From the NCBI GenBank assembly GCA_963832165.1, contig CAWHTE010000007.1, positions 736,001-800,000 of the forward strand: a DNA stretch of 64,000 bases. The letters are read 5' to 3'. The notes below the pieces were generated by a model. The model did no database searches. It had not been told where the DNA came from and worked only from the letters and a program-made list of their open reading frames with translations. Shown piece after piece: positions 20,430 to 30,711 of this stretch. Made by a program: the position numbers and the translations under genes. Source of the stretch: an uncultured delta proteobacterium. GTDB lineage: Bacteria; Myxococcota_A; UBA9160; SMWR01. Position 1 is the stretch's first letter, and each line of letters opens with the position of its first letter.

Positions 20430-22295
20430 GTGCTCGACGCGTCGATGGGGGTCGCCGCGCGCGAGATCCTCGAGGGCGTGTTCGGCCACGAGGATTTTCG
20501 CCCGGGTCAGGCGGAAGCAGTGTGCACCGCGCTCGCGGGGCGCGACGTCGTAGTGCTGCAGCCCACGGGCTCGGGCAAGTCGCTCTGCTACCAGGTTCCC
20601 GCGCTGGTGGCGGGCCGGCGCGGGCAGGGCACGACGATCGTCGTCTCTCCGCTGATCGCGCTCATGCGCGATCAGGTGGGTGCGCTCGCGGCGCGCGGGG
20701 CGCGCGTCGCAGCGCTGCACAGCCAGCAGGACGCGGACGCGCAGCGCGACGCCGTCGCGCGCTTCCTGCGCGGCGAGCTCGAGCTCTTCTACGTCTCGCC
20801 CGAGCGCGCGGCGCTCGCGAGCTTCCGACGCATGCTCGCGCGTACGCGCGTGGCCCTGTTCGCAGTGGACGAGGCGCACTGCGTGAGCCAGTGGGGCCAC
20901 GACTTCCGGCCCGAGTACATGCGCCTCGCCGAGCTGCGCGAGATCGCGAGCGCACCGATGATCGCGCTCACCGCGACGGCCACCGCCGCCGTGCTCGCGG
21001 AGATCGAGAGCGGGCTCGGATTGCGCAGCCCGCTGATCGTGCGCGCGGGCCTCGACCGCCCGAACCTCGCGTTCGCGGTGTGCGCGCTGCGCACGCACGA
21101 AGCGCGCCTCGCGGCGCTCGTGGCCGAGCTCGACGCGGCGGGCCTGCGCAAACGGGGCGCCGGACGCGCGATCGTCTACTGCAGCACGCGCAAGGTCACC
21201 GAGCGCGTCGCTTCCGAGCTGCGCTCGGCCGGGATCGGTGCGGGCCACTACCACGCGGGCCGCACCGGGCTCGCGCGCGAGCGCGCACAGCTCGCGTTCG
21301 AAGCCGGCCGCACGCGCGTGCTCGTCGCCACCAACGCGTTCGGGATGGGGATCGACCTGCCCGACATCCGCCTGATCGCGCACTTCCAGACGCCCGGCAG
21401 CGTCGAGGCCTACTACCAGGAGGCCGGTCGGGCCGGACGCGACGGCGAGCCCGCGCGCTGCCTGCTGTTCTTCGGCGCGTCCGACCTGATGACCCAGCGG
21501 CGCCTCGCCTCCGTGAGCGGCGGCGGTGCATCGATCGCGCGGCGCCGCGCGGAAGCGATTGCGGCGATCGAGCGCTACGCGACGCAGCTGCGCTGCCGGC
21601 AGCAGGCGCTCGTCGCTCATTTCACGGGAGAGGCGACCGGCGAGCCGTGTGGGCGCTGCGACGTCTGCACGGGCGCGGCTGGCGTTTCGGACGCGGGCCG
21701 TGCGGCCACGCCCGTGCGCAGCGAGATCGCGCAGCTGTCCGACGATGCGCTCGCGGTCGTGGTGCGTGCGGTCGGGCAGATCACGCGTCCCGTCGGCAAG
21801 ACCAACCTCGCGCGCGCGCTGCGCGGCAGCCGCGCCCGGGCGCTCGCGCGCGGTGGCCTGCTCGCGATGCCGGAGCACGGCGCGCTCGCGGAGTACAGCG
21901 AGGGCTCGATCGCCGCAGCGATCGACGCACTCGTGGGCGAGGGGCGGCTGCGCCGAACGGGCCGGAAGTATCCCACGCTGTGGCTTCCGGGCCGCCCGGT
22001 GCGGGAAGCGCGCGCGAGCGGCAAGAACGGCGCAGCGACCAGCGCGCCGCGCGCGCGCTCGCAGCGCTGGGGCGGGCCGGTCGCTCGCGCGCTCGACAAC
22101 TACCGCCGGCGCAAGGCGCGCGATCTGCGCTGGAAGACCTACATGGTGTTCCAGCACAACGTGTTGCTCGCGATCGACCGCGAGCTGCCGGACACGCGCG
22201 CTGCGCTCGCAAAGATCCCCGGCCTCGGTCCGGCGAAGCTCGAGCGCTTCGGCGACGACATCCTGGAGCTCGTGCGCCAGCACCGAACGGACTAG
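20430..22295 (+). CDS. recQ: ATP-dependent DNA helicase RecQ with RQC Zn site and HRDC domain
   Basis: PTGSGKSLCYQVP, VDEAHCVSQWGHDFRPEY, TATAT, ATNAFGMGID, YYQEAGRAGRDG, CRQQ..CGRCDVC, IPGLGPAKLERFG. Confidence 0.93.
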   Translation: MLDASMGVAAREILEGVFGHEDFRPGQAEAVCTALAGRDVVVLQPTGSGKSLCYQVPALVAGRRGQGTTIVVSPLIALMRDQVGALAARGARVAALHSQQDADAQRDAVARFLRGELELFYVSPERAALASFRRMLARTRVALFAVDEAHCVSQWGHDFRPEYMRLAELREIASAPMIALTATATAAVLAEIESGLGLRSPLIVRAGLDRPNLAFAVCALRTHEARLAALVAELDAAGLRKRGAGRAIVYCSTRKVTERVASELRSAGIGAGHYHAGRTGLARERAQLAFEAGRTRVLVATNAFGMGIDLPDIRLIAHFQTPGSVEAYYQEAGRAGRDGEPARCLLFFGASDLMTQRRLASVSGGGASIARRRAEAIAAIERYATQLRCRQQALVAHFTGEATGEPCGRCDVCTGAAGVSDAGRAATPVRSEIAQLSDDALAVVVRAVGQITRPVGKTNLARALRGSRARALARGGLLAMPEHGALAEYSEGSIAAAIDALVGEGRLRRTGRKYPTLWLPGRPVREARASGKNGAATSAPRARSQRWGGPVARALDNYRRRKARDLRWKTYMVFQHNVLLAIDRELPDTRAALAKIPGLGPAKLERFGDDILELVRQHRTD

Positions 22296-22322
22296 CCGCG
22301 TACAATCCGGTCGGAGGCCCCC

Positions 22323-23469
22323 ATGGCGAGCGATCTGTTCTCTACCCCCGAGCACGCGCTGTTCCGCGAGACGGTGCGCAAGTTCGTCGACGAGGAGCTG
22401 CGCCCGCGCGCGCGCGAGTTCGACGCGATGGGCCGCTTCGACAAGGGCCTGTACAAGAAGATGGGCGACCTCGGGATGCTCGGGCTCCGCTACGACCCGA
22501 AGTGGGGCGGGTCGGGGCTCGACTACTCGTACATGGCGATCCTGTTCGAGGAGATCGGCCGCTGCGACAACGCGGGCGTCGCGATGGGGATCAGCGTCCA
22601 CACCGACATGGCCACGCCCTCGCTGCACCAGTTCGGCAGCGACGAGCTGAAGCAGCAGTTCCTCGTGCCCGCGATCGCGGGCGAGATGGTGTCGGCGATC
22701 GCGGTCACCGAGCCGGGCGCGGGCTCCGACGTCGCCGCGATCCAGACGCGCGCCGTGCGCGACGGCGACGAGTGGGTGATCAACGGCAGCAAGATCTACA
22801 TCACCAACGCCGCGACGGCCGACTGGCTGTGCCTGCTCGCGGTGACCGATCCCGAAGGCCGGCTACGGCGGCTTCTCGCAGATCATCGTGCCCACCGACA
22901 CGCCGGGCTTCCGCTACGACCTGCTCGACAAGATCGGCAACTGGGGCTCGGACACCGGCCAGCTCTTCTTCGAGAACGTGCGCGTGCCGATCGCCTACAC
23001 GATCGGCGAGATCGGCCGCGGCTTCCAGCAGCAGATGATGCAGTTCCAGGACGAGCGCCTGGTCGGCTGCATCAGCAGCATCGCAGCCGCGCAGGACAAC
23101 TGGGAGAACACGCGCGCGTGGGCCGAGCAGCGCGTGCTGTTCGGCAAGCCGCTCTCGAAGATGCAGGTCACGCAGTTCAAGTTCGTCGAGATGCTCACGC
23201 AGCTCACCGCGGCGCGCGAGCTCACCTACGCGTGCATCCGCGAGTGCAACCGCGGCGTCGACGCGACGCAGCTGATCACGATGGCGAAGATCTTCTGCGC
23301 GCGCGTCGCGCGCTTCGTCGCCGACGAATGCATCCAGCTCTCGGGCGGCTACGGCTACATGAAGGAGAGCGCCGCGGGCCGCGCGTTCGTCGACAGCCGC
23401 CTGATCAGCATCGGCGGCGGCTCCGACGAGACGATGCTCCATTACCTCGCGAAGCAGCTCGGTTTCTAG
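22323..23469 (+). CDS. Acyl-CoA dehydrogenase (AtuD/citronellyl-CoA dehydrogenase-like), split by a one-base frameshift near 22850
   Basis: TEPGAGSDVA and WVINGSKIYITN in the first frame; AGYGGFSQIIVP...FQDERL...GGYGYM..SIGGGSDE in the next. Removing one C from GATCCCGAAG restores one ORF. Confidence 0.88.
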
Positions 23470-23490
23470 AAGAAGCTTTTAGGAGAAGAC

Positions 23491-24261
23491 ATGGCAGATG
23501 ACGTGACGCGCTACGAGCGGCGCGGGCCGGCCGGATGGATCACGCTCGCGTCGCCCGACACGCGCAACGCGCTCTCGACGGCGCTCGTGGCCGGCCTCGG
23601 GGCGCATCTGCGCGAGGCGATCGAAGATCCCGCGGTGCGCGCGATCGTGCTCACGGGCGAAGGCCCCGCGTTCTGCGCGGGCGCCGATCTCAAGAACCGC
23701 GGTGCGATGGGCCAGTCCGAGAAGGGCAACCCGTTCGTCGGAGTTCTCCAGCAGATGCGACACGGGCCGAAGCCCGTGATCTCCGCGGTGAACGGCCACG
23801 CGTTCGGCGGCGGCGTGGGCCTGGTCGCCGCGGCCGACATCGCGATCGCGGTCGATTCCGCGGTGTTCAGCTTCAGCGAGGTCCGGATCGGCGCGATTCC
23901 CGCGATGATCTCGGTCGTGGTGCTGCCGAAGCTCGGCGAGCACCAGACGATGCGCCTGTTCCTGACAGGCGAGCGCTTCACGGCCGAGCGCGCGCTCGGC
24001 TACGGCCTGCTCCACCGCGTGGTCGCGCCCGGTGCGCTCGAGGCCGCGGTGCAGGAGGAGATCGACGCGATCGCGAAGGGCGGTCCGAATGCGATTCGCG
24101 AGGCGAAGCAGCTCGTGCGAACGGTCGCGCGGCTGCCCGAAGACGAGGCGTTTCGCTTCGCGGAGAAGAAGATCGCCGCAATCTTCGCCTCGGAGGAGGC
24201 AGCCGAGGGGATGGCCGCGTTCGCGCAGAAACGGCCGCCCCGATGGGTGGTTCCGGGCTAG
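23491..24261 (+). CDS. Enoyl-CoA hydratase (methylglutaconyl-CoA hydratase-like)
   Basis: RNALS, AFCAGADL, AFGGGVGLVAAADI, FSEVRIGAIPAMIS. Confidence 0.9.
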   Translation: MADDVTRYERRGPAGWITLASPDTRNALSTALVAGLGAHLREAIEDPAVRAIVLTGEGPAFCAGADLKNRGAMGQSEKGNPFVGVLQQMRHGPKPVISAVNGHAFGGGVGLVAAADIAIAVDSAVFSFSEVRIGAIPAMISVVVLPKLGEHQTMRLFLTGERFTAERALGYGLLHRVVAPGALEAAVQEEIDAIAKGGPNAIREAKQLVRTVARLPEDEAFRFAEKKIAAIFASEEAAEGMAAFAQKRPPRWVVPG

Positions 24262-24342
24262 CGCCCGGACAGCCACTGGAAGTGGGAGAAATCCCACCCC
24301 GGGGGTTGCCGAGCGCTCCGCTCCCCGGAAACCTACCGGCCC

Positions 24343-25909
24343 ATGCCGACCCCCTCTCTCTCCATGCCGAGCGTGTGCAACCGCTGGCGCACTGCTCGCA
24401 TGCGCGCTCGCGGGCGCAGCGCTCGCGCTCACCGCCGCCGAGCGCGCCGCCGCGTTCAGCCTCGACGACGTCGCCAAGCGCGCCAAGCGGCTCGCGGCCC
24501 AGCCCTACCGCGAGCCCGAGCGCAATCAGCCCGCATGGCTGCGCGACATCACCTACGACCAGTGGCGCGACATCCGCTTCCGGCCCAGCCGCGCGCTCTG
24601 GCTCGACCGCAACCTGCCGTTCACGGTCCAGTTCTTCCATGCCGGCTTCTTCTACGACCGGTCCGTGAAGGTCAACGTGGTGACGAACGCGGGCGTGTCC
24701 TCGGTGCCGTTCTCGCCTGACATGTTCGACTACGGCAAGAACGAGTTCGGCAGCCGCATACCCCAGGATCTGGGATTCGCGGGCATGCGCGTCCACTACC
24801 CGATCAAGAACCCGAACTACCGCGACGAGATCATCGTGTTCCTGGGCGCGAGCTATTTCCGCGCCGTCGGACGCGATCAGGCCTACGGAATCTCTGCGCG
24901 CGGGCTCGCGATCGACACCGCGCAGCCCTCGGGCGAGGAGTTCCCGTGGTTTCGCGAGTACTGGCTCGTGCGGCCCGGGGCGGGCGCGCAGGAGCTCACG
25001 ATGTTCGCGCTGCTCGACAGCCCGAGCGGAACCGGCGCCTATCGCTTCGTCGTAGCCCCGGGGCCCGAGACGCGCGTCGATGTCGAAATGCGCATCTACC
25101 CGCGCAAGGAGATCAAGAAGCTGGGCGTCTCCGCGCTCACGAGCATGTTCCTGCGCGGTGAGAACGGAGACGGGCCGATCGACGACTATCGGCCCGAAGT
25201 GCACGACTCCGACGGCCTCTTGATCGCGGCGCGCAGCGGGGAATGGCTGTGGCGACCGCTCGAGAACCCGCATTCGCTCGTGGTCTCCGCGTTCTCGACC
25301 GTGAGCCCGCGCGGCTTCGGGCTGCTCCAGCGCGATCGCAACCTCGATCACTACCAGGATTTCGAGGCGCGCCAGGACCTGCGGCCGAGCGTCTGGATCG
25401 AGCCGAAGGGCGACTGGGGCCCGGGGCGCGTCGAGCTCGTGGAGATCCCGACCGACAAGGACATCAACGACAACATCGTGTCCTACTGGGTGCCGGAAGC
25501 GCCCGTGACGCCGAAAAACCCCGTCAGTCTGGCATACTCGATGTTCTGGTACGGCGAGGAGCGCACCCGGCCGCCCGGCGGCTGGTCCTCCTCGACGCGC
25601 AAGGACCGGGGCACGATGGATGGCGCGCGCCGCCTCGTCGTGGATTTCGAAGGCAAGGCGCTCAGCAAGATCCCGCCCGAGAGCGTGGTGGAGGGTGTCG
25701 TGACGGCAGCTGCGCACGGGAGCGACGGAGCTGCGCGCGGCCCGGCCGAGCTGCTCGAGCAGCAGGTGATCCACAACCCGATCAACAACGGGTGGCGTCT
25801 GGTATTCCAGGTGAAGCCACCCGACGACCATCCGATCGAGCTGCGCGCGTTCCTGCGCCACGGCGGCGACGTCATCACCGAGACCTGGTCCTACCAATTG
25901 CATCCGTGA
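24343..25909 (+). CDS. opgG: Periplasmic glucan biosynthesis protein G; start uncertain (probable frameshift in the C-run near 24350)
   Basis: ITYDQWRDIRF, FLGASYFRA, YGISARGLAIDT, GEEFPWF, DYRPEVHDSDGL, DNIVSYW, TETWSYQ. No in-frame ATG; ATG 24343 joins the frame if one base is removed. Confidence 0.9.
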
Positions 25910-25919
25910 GGGACCGTCC

Positions 25920-28514
25920 GTGAGTCAGCGGCCATTTCCCGATCTTCCGCGCGTCGCTTCCGACGCGCCGGAGGACGAAGCGAGGCCCGCGCCTTCGCTG
26001 GAGACGATCCTCCAGGATTGGCCGGGTGCCCTCGCGCGCGCGACCGCCTATCTGGGCGCGATCGGGTTCGCGCTCTCGGACGTGCAGCGCATCGCCAAGC
26101 GCGCGCTCGAGCGCGCGCTCGGCCGTGAGCAGCACGCGGGCGCGGTAGCCGACGCGATCGACGAGACCGAGCGCCTGCTCCTGGAAACGCAGCCGCTCGT
26201 GAGCGGCACGCGCGGAGAGGGCAGGCTTGCCGCGTTCGCACGCTGGAGGTTCGCGGCCTGGCAGGCCGGCAGCGTACACGGCGACAAGCCGCTCGAGCTG
26301 CGGCAATTCGCGGCCACACCGCCGATCTCGCGCGGCCCGATGGTCCCGGCCTTGTACCGCGGTCGCAAGCTCGGCGAACGGCGCCACCGGCGCCGCCAGG
26401 CCGGCGAGCACGATCCCGAGCGACCGGGGCGCCGCGAGCGGCGCGGCGCGCGCGAGCCCTGGGACGCGCGCGGCCGAGGCCGGCGCGCGCTGCTCATGCT
26501 GCTCGTGCTCGCGCCGAGCGTGGCCGCGGGTGCGCTGTTCCTGGGCACGCTGCCCGCGACCGTCTGGTACCCGATCGAGCTCGCGATGGCGATCGCGTTC
26601 GGAGCGCTGTTCGGCTGGATCTCGGTTGGCTTCTGGACGGCGGTGTTCGGCTTCGGGGTGCTGCTGCGCGGCGGCGACCGCTTCTCCATCACGCGTACCG
26701 AGGCCGAGCCGCGCGCGCCGATCGATCCCTCGGTGCGCAGCGCGGTGGTGATGCCGGTCAAGGACGAGTCGGTGGAGCGCGTATTCGCGGGCCTGCGCGC
26801 AGTGCGCGCGTCGCTCGAGCGCGCGGGCGCGCTCGATGCGTTCGACCTGTTCATCCTGAGCGACAGCGCCGACCCCGACCTCTGGGTCGACGAAGAGGAA
26901 GCCTGGGCGCGCTGGAATCGCGAGAATGATTTCCGAGGGGGAATCTACTACCGCCACCGCCGCGTGCGCCGCAAGCGCAAGAGCGGAAACGTCGCTGACT
27001 TCTGTCGGCGCTGGGGCCGTCACTACCGCTACATGGTCGTGCTCGACGCCGACAGCGTGATGAGCGGCGAGTGCATCGTGCGCCTGGTCGGCTTGATGGA
27101 GCGCAACCCGCACGTCGGCATCATCCAGAGCACGCCCGCAGTCGTACGCGCGCGTTCGCTGTTCGCGCGCATCCAGCAGTTCGCGGCGCGGCTCTATGGG
27201 CCGATGTTCGCCGCGGGCATGCACTACTGGCAGCTCGGCGACAGCCCGTATTGGGGCCACAACGCGATCATTCGCGTCGAGCCGTTCATGCAGTACTGCG
27301 GGTTGCCGCGGTTGTCCGGAAAGCCGCCGTTCGGCGGCGACATCATGAGCCACGATTTCGTCGAGGCGGCTCTGCTAGGCCGCGCGCGATGGTCGATCTG
27401 GCTCGCGTTCGACCTGCCCGGAACCTGGGAGGAGACCCCCGGCTCGCTGCTCGAGGAGATGCAGCGCGACCGCCGTTGGTGTCAGGGGAATCTCCAGCAC
27501 CTGCGGCTGCTCTTCACCGAGGGGATCGTGCGCGTGCACCGCGGACTGTTCCTGAACGGGATCTTCTCGTACGTCTCCGCGGTGCTCTGGCTCGGGTTCC
27601 TGATCGTCTCCACGGTGGAAGCCGCGGCCTGGTCGTACTGGGGCCCGGACTACTTCCCGGTCGAGCGCAGCTTGTTCCCGACCTGGCCGGTGTGGCGACC
27701 CGAGCGCGTGGAGGCGCTGTTGGGTTCGGTGTTCTTCGTGCTCTTCCTGCCGAAGGTGCTCGGCTTCCTGCTCGCGCTGATCAAGCGCCGCACCAGGAGC
27801 TTCGGCGGTGTGTTCGCACTGATCGGCAGCGTGTTGTGCGAGGCGATCGCTTCGGCGCTGTTTGCGCCGATCCGCATGCTCTTCTACTGCCGCTTCGTGA
27901 TCAAGAACCTGGTCGGGCGCGCCGTCACCTGGCGCGCTGGGCAGGACGATCTCGACGAGACCGGCTGGTGGACGGCGCTGCGGCGCCACGGGCCCGACAC
28001 GCTGATCGCACTCGCGTGGGGCTGGGGCGTGCGCGAGCTGCACCCGGATGCGTTCTTCTGGCTCGTACCCGTGGCGGGTGCGCTCGTGCTCTCGATTCCG
28101 CTCTCGGTGCTCGCGAGCCGCACGCGTCTGGGCACGGCGGCGCGGCGCTGGGGACTGTTCGTGACGCCCGAGGAGGCCGAGCCCCCGACTGAGATCCGCG
28201 ATCTCGAGCGCGAGCTCTCGTCTGCGTTCGCTGCGAGCGCGTCGCGGACGCCCGGCTTTGCGCGTGCGGTGGCGGATCCGGGCACGAACGCGGCGCACAC
28301 GTGGCTCCTGCGCGGTCCGCGCAAGCTCAAGCCGGAGCTGCGCGAGCAGCGCGACGCGCTCGCACTGCGCGCGCGCGACGCGGGCCCCGACGCGCTCACG
28401 CCCGAGGAGAAGCGACTGTTGCTCTCCGACGCGCCGTGCATGCAGGGCCTGCACGAGGCGGTGTGGCGTCTGGGTGATCCCGCCGCGGCCGCGCGCTGGG
28501 GCGTGGGGCGCTAG
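25920..28514 (+). CDS. opgH: Glucans biosynthesis glucosyltransferase H (GT2)
   Basis: FILSDS, RKSGNVADFCRRWG, VLDADSVM, YWGHNAIIR, SHDFVEAAL, RDRRWCQGNLQH. Directly follows opgG. Confidence 0.95.
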   Translation: MSQRPFPDLPRVASDAPEDEARPAPSLETILQDWPGALARATAYLGAIGFALSDVQRIAKRALERALGREQHAGAVADAIDETERLLLETQPLVSGTRGEGRLAAFARWRFAAWQAGSVHGDKPLELRQFAATPPISRGPMVPALYRGRKLGERRHRRRQAGEHDPERPGRRERRGAREPWDARGRGRRALLMLLVLAPSVAAGALFLGTLPATVWYPIELAMAIAFGALFGWISVGFWTAVFGFGVLLRGGDRFSITRTEAEPRAPIDPSVRSAVVMPVKDESVERVFAGLRAVRASLERAGALDAFDLFILSDSADPDLWVDEEEAWARWNRENDFRGGIYYRHRRVRRKRKSGNVADFCRRWGRHYRYMVVLDADSVMSGECIVRLVGLMERNPHVGIIQSTPAVVRARSLFARIQQFAARLYGPMFAAGMHYWQLGDSPYWGHNAIIRVEPFMQYCGLPRLSGKPPFGGDIMSHDFVEAALLGRARWSIWLAFDLPGTWEETPGSLLEEMQRDRRWCQGNLQHLRLLFTEGIVRVHRGLFLNGIFSYVSAVLWLGFLIVSTVEAAAWSYWGPDYFPVERSLFPTWPVWRPERVEALLGSVFFVLFLPKVLGFLLALIKRRTRSFGGVFALIGSVLCEAIASALFAPIRMLFYCRFVIKNLVGRAVTWRAGQDDLDETGWWTALRRHGPDTLIALAWGWGVRELHPDAFFWLVPVAGALVLSIPLSVLASRTRLGTAARRWGLFVTPEEAEPPTEIRDLERELSSAFAASASRTPGFARAVADPGTNAAHTWLLRGPRKLKPELREQRDALALRARDAGPDALTPEEKRLLLSDAPCMQGLHEAVWRLGDPAAAARWGVGR

Positions 28515-29398
28515 ATCTTCTCCACCTCGGTGCTCGCGGCGCGTTCGAGCGTCTCGAGCGTGGCGAAGAAGACCTGCTCGGCGCGTCCCTCTTCCACGGC
28601 CCGCCGGTAGGTATGCCCGGCGGCTTCCGAGAGCGGAAGCTCGGCAGCGAGGTTCCGCGCGCTCTCGAGCGCGAGCGCGACGTCTTTCTCGGCGATGCCG
28701 AGCTTGAACAGCGGCATCTCGAAGTTGCGGCCGAAGAACATCGGCGCCATCCCCGCGTAGAGCTTGGCCGAGCTCGCGTTCACGATCGGCAGGAGCTCGC
28801 GCGCACCCAGGCCCGCCTTGGCCGCGAGCACGAAGCCCTCCTGCACCACCAGCGCCCCTGCGAGGAAGATCAGGTTGTTGACGAGCTTTGCCATCGTTCC
28901 GCGACCGGACGGGCCGAGGTAGAAGACGTTCGACGCGAACGCGTCGAACAGCGGCCGCACCGCGTCGTAGGCGGAGCGCTCCCCGCTCGCCATCACCGCG
29001 AGCGTTCCGTGCGCGGCTCCGTGCGCGCCGCCCGACACCGGCGCGTCGATCAGCGCCGCGCCCGCAGCGGACTCGACAGCGCACAGCGACTGCACTGCAT
29101 CGTACGAGCTCGTGGAGAGATCGACGTGCACGAGGCCCGGGCGCTGCGCGGCGAGCAGGCCGTCGGTGCCCTCCACCACGGCGCGCACCTGCGCGGGCCC
29201 GGGTAGCGAGCTGAACACCACCGCGCACTGCTGCGCCACCTCGCGCGGCGACTCGGCGCGGCGCGCACCGAGCCCCTCGAGGTTCGCCGTCGCTTGGCGC
29301 GACACGTCCGACACCACGAGCTCGTGACCCGCGGCGAGCAGCCGCGCCGCAATCGGATTGCCGATCGTCCCGGTGCCGATGAAGCCGAGCTTCGCCAC
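28511..29398 (-). CDS. NAD(P)-dependent oxidoreductase, 3-hydroxyisobutyrate dehydrogenase family
   Basis: LGFIGTGTIG, IDAPVSGG, GTLAVMASG, AKLVNN, EKDVALA. Confidence 0.9.
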   Translation of the reverse strand: MAKLGFIGTGTIGNPIAARLLAAGHELVVSDVSRQATANLEGLGARRAESPREVAQQCAVVFSSLPGPAQVRAVVEGTDGLLAAQRPGLVHVDLSTSSYDAVQSLCAVESAAGAALIDAPVSGGAHGAAHGTLAVMASGERSAYDAVRPLFDAFASNVFYLGPSGRGTMAKLVNNLIFLAGALVVQEGFVLAAKAGLGARELLPIVNASSAKLYAGMAPMFFGRNFEMPLFKLGIAEKDVALALESARNLAAELPLSEAAGHTYRRAVEEGRAEQVFFATLETLERAASTEVEKI

Positions 29399-29433
29399 GC
29401 TCTGCTCCTCCCGTGCGGCCGAGTGATCCGCCG

Positions 29434-30609
29434 TCAGTTGCCCACGATCGACACGAACGAGACGCAGCGCCCCGGCTGGCCGCCGAGATTGTGCGTGAGT
29501 CCGAGCTTGGGCTTCTCGATCTGGCGCGCGCCCGCCTCGCCGCGCAGCTGCAGCCACATCTCGTACATCATGCGCAGACCGGAGGCGCCGATCGGGTGCC
29601 CGAAGCTCTTGAGACCGCCGTCGGGATTCACGGGCTGAGTACCGTCGAGGTCGAAGCGGCCCGCGAGCACGTCCTGCCAGCCCTTGCCGCGCTCGGAGAA
29701 GCCCATGTCCTCCATGAGCACGAGCTCGGTGGCCGTGAAGCAGTCGTGCACCTCGGCCATCGAGATCTCTTCGCGCGGATTCGTGACGCCGGCCTGCGTG
29801 TACGCGTCCCGCGAGCTCTCCACCACCTCCTGGAACGTGGTGAAGTCGTAGCTCTGGTTGAAGTAGCCCTCGGCGGGCCCGGCCACGAACGAGAGCGCCT
29901 TGATGAAGATCGGATGGTCCGTGTACTTGTGCGCGTCCTCGGCGCGGCACAGGATCGCCGCGGCCGAGCCGTCGGAGACGCCTGAGCAGTCGAACACGCC
30001 GAACATGCCCGCGACGCGCGGGCTGTTCATGATCGCCTCCATCGGCACTTCCTTCTGGAACTGCGCCTTCGGGTTCTTCGCGCCGTTCACGTGATTCTTC
30101 CACGCGATCCGCGCGATCACCTCCTTGAGCTCGCCCTCGCTGACGCCGTACTTCTTGCAGTAGGCGGGCGCGAGCAGGGAGAACATCGCGGGCGCCGACA
30201 TGTTCTGGCCGGTGCCGTCGTCGGGCGGCCGGCTGCCCACGAGCCCCGAGTAGCCCGAATCCTTGAGCTTCTCGACGCCGATCGCCATCACGAGGTCGTA
30301 GGCGCCAGAGGCCACGGCGTAGGCGGCGTTGCGCATCGCCTCGCTGCCCGTGGCACACATGTTCTCGAGCCGGGTCACGGGCTTGTAGTCGAGCTTGAGC
30401 GCTTCGGAGAGCACGAGGCCCGACGTGCCGCTGCCCATCGTGCCGAGCCAGTAGGCGTCGAGCTGCGCCGGATCGACGCCGGCCGAGCGGTAGGCTTCGC
30501 CCGCCGCGTCGACGAGCAGGTCGTCGGTGCCCTGGTCCCAGTGCTCGCCGAACTTCGTGCAGCCCATGCCCACGATCGCGACGCGGTCCTTGATGCCTTT
30601 GCTAGCCAT
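29434..30609 (-). CDS. Thiolase / acetyl-CoA acetyltransferase (SCP-x/PhlC-like)
   Basis: ENMCATG (active-site Cys), CSGVSDGSAA, EVHDCF, NPDGGLKSFGHPIGASG, HNLGG. Confidence 0.9.
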   Translation of the reverse strand: MASKGIKDRVAIVGMGCTKFGEHWDQGTDDLLVDAAGEAYRSAGVDPAQLDAYWLGTMGSGTSGLVLSEALKLDYKPVTRLENMCATGSEAMRNAAYAVASGAYDLVMAIGVEKLKDSGYSGLVGSRPPDDGTGQNMSAPAMFSLLAPAYCKKYGVSEGELKEVIARIAWKNHVNGAKNPKAQFQKEVPMEAIMNSPRVAGMFGVFDCSGVSDGSAAAILCRAEDAHKYTDHPIFIKALSFVAGPAEGYFNQSYDFTTFQEVVESSRDAYTQAGVTNPREEISMAEVHDCFTATELVLMEDMGFSERGKGWQDVLAGRFDLDGTQPVNPDGGLKSFGHPIGASGLRMMYEMWLQLRGEAGARQIEKPKLGLTHNLGGQPGRCVSFVSIVGN

Positions 30610-30618
30610 CTCGTTCTC

Positions 30619-30689
30619 CTTCGTTGCCTTTGGCTCACTGCGCGCGCGGCCAGCCCGATGGACTTCGCTCGCCTTCGGCTCGCTGCGCG
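30619..30689. repeat. Two imperfect tandem copies of a ~27-bp REP-like unit
   Basis: CTTCGTTGCCTTTGGCTCACTGCGCG (30619-44) and CTTCGCTCGCCTTCGGCTCGCTGCGCG (30663-89), each with a GCC-N3-GGC core hairpin. Intergenic. Confidence 0.55.
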
Positions 30690-30711
30690 AAACTTGCGGC
30701 GCGCTTGCCTC

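Noticed and set aside
17798..23038. 1746-aa ORF, and similar long Arg/Ala-rich ORFs (4186-7989, 8257-10947, 17244-20102, 59487-62741 upstream part)
   Set aside because: These are shadow frames caused by stop-codon scarcity at high GC. They overlap well-supported genes and show no motifs outside the real gene segments they contain.
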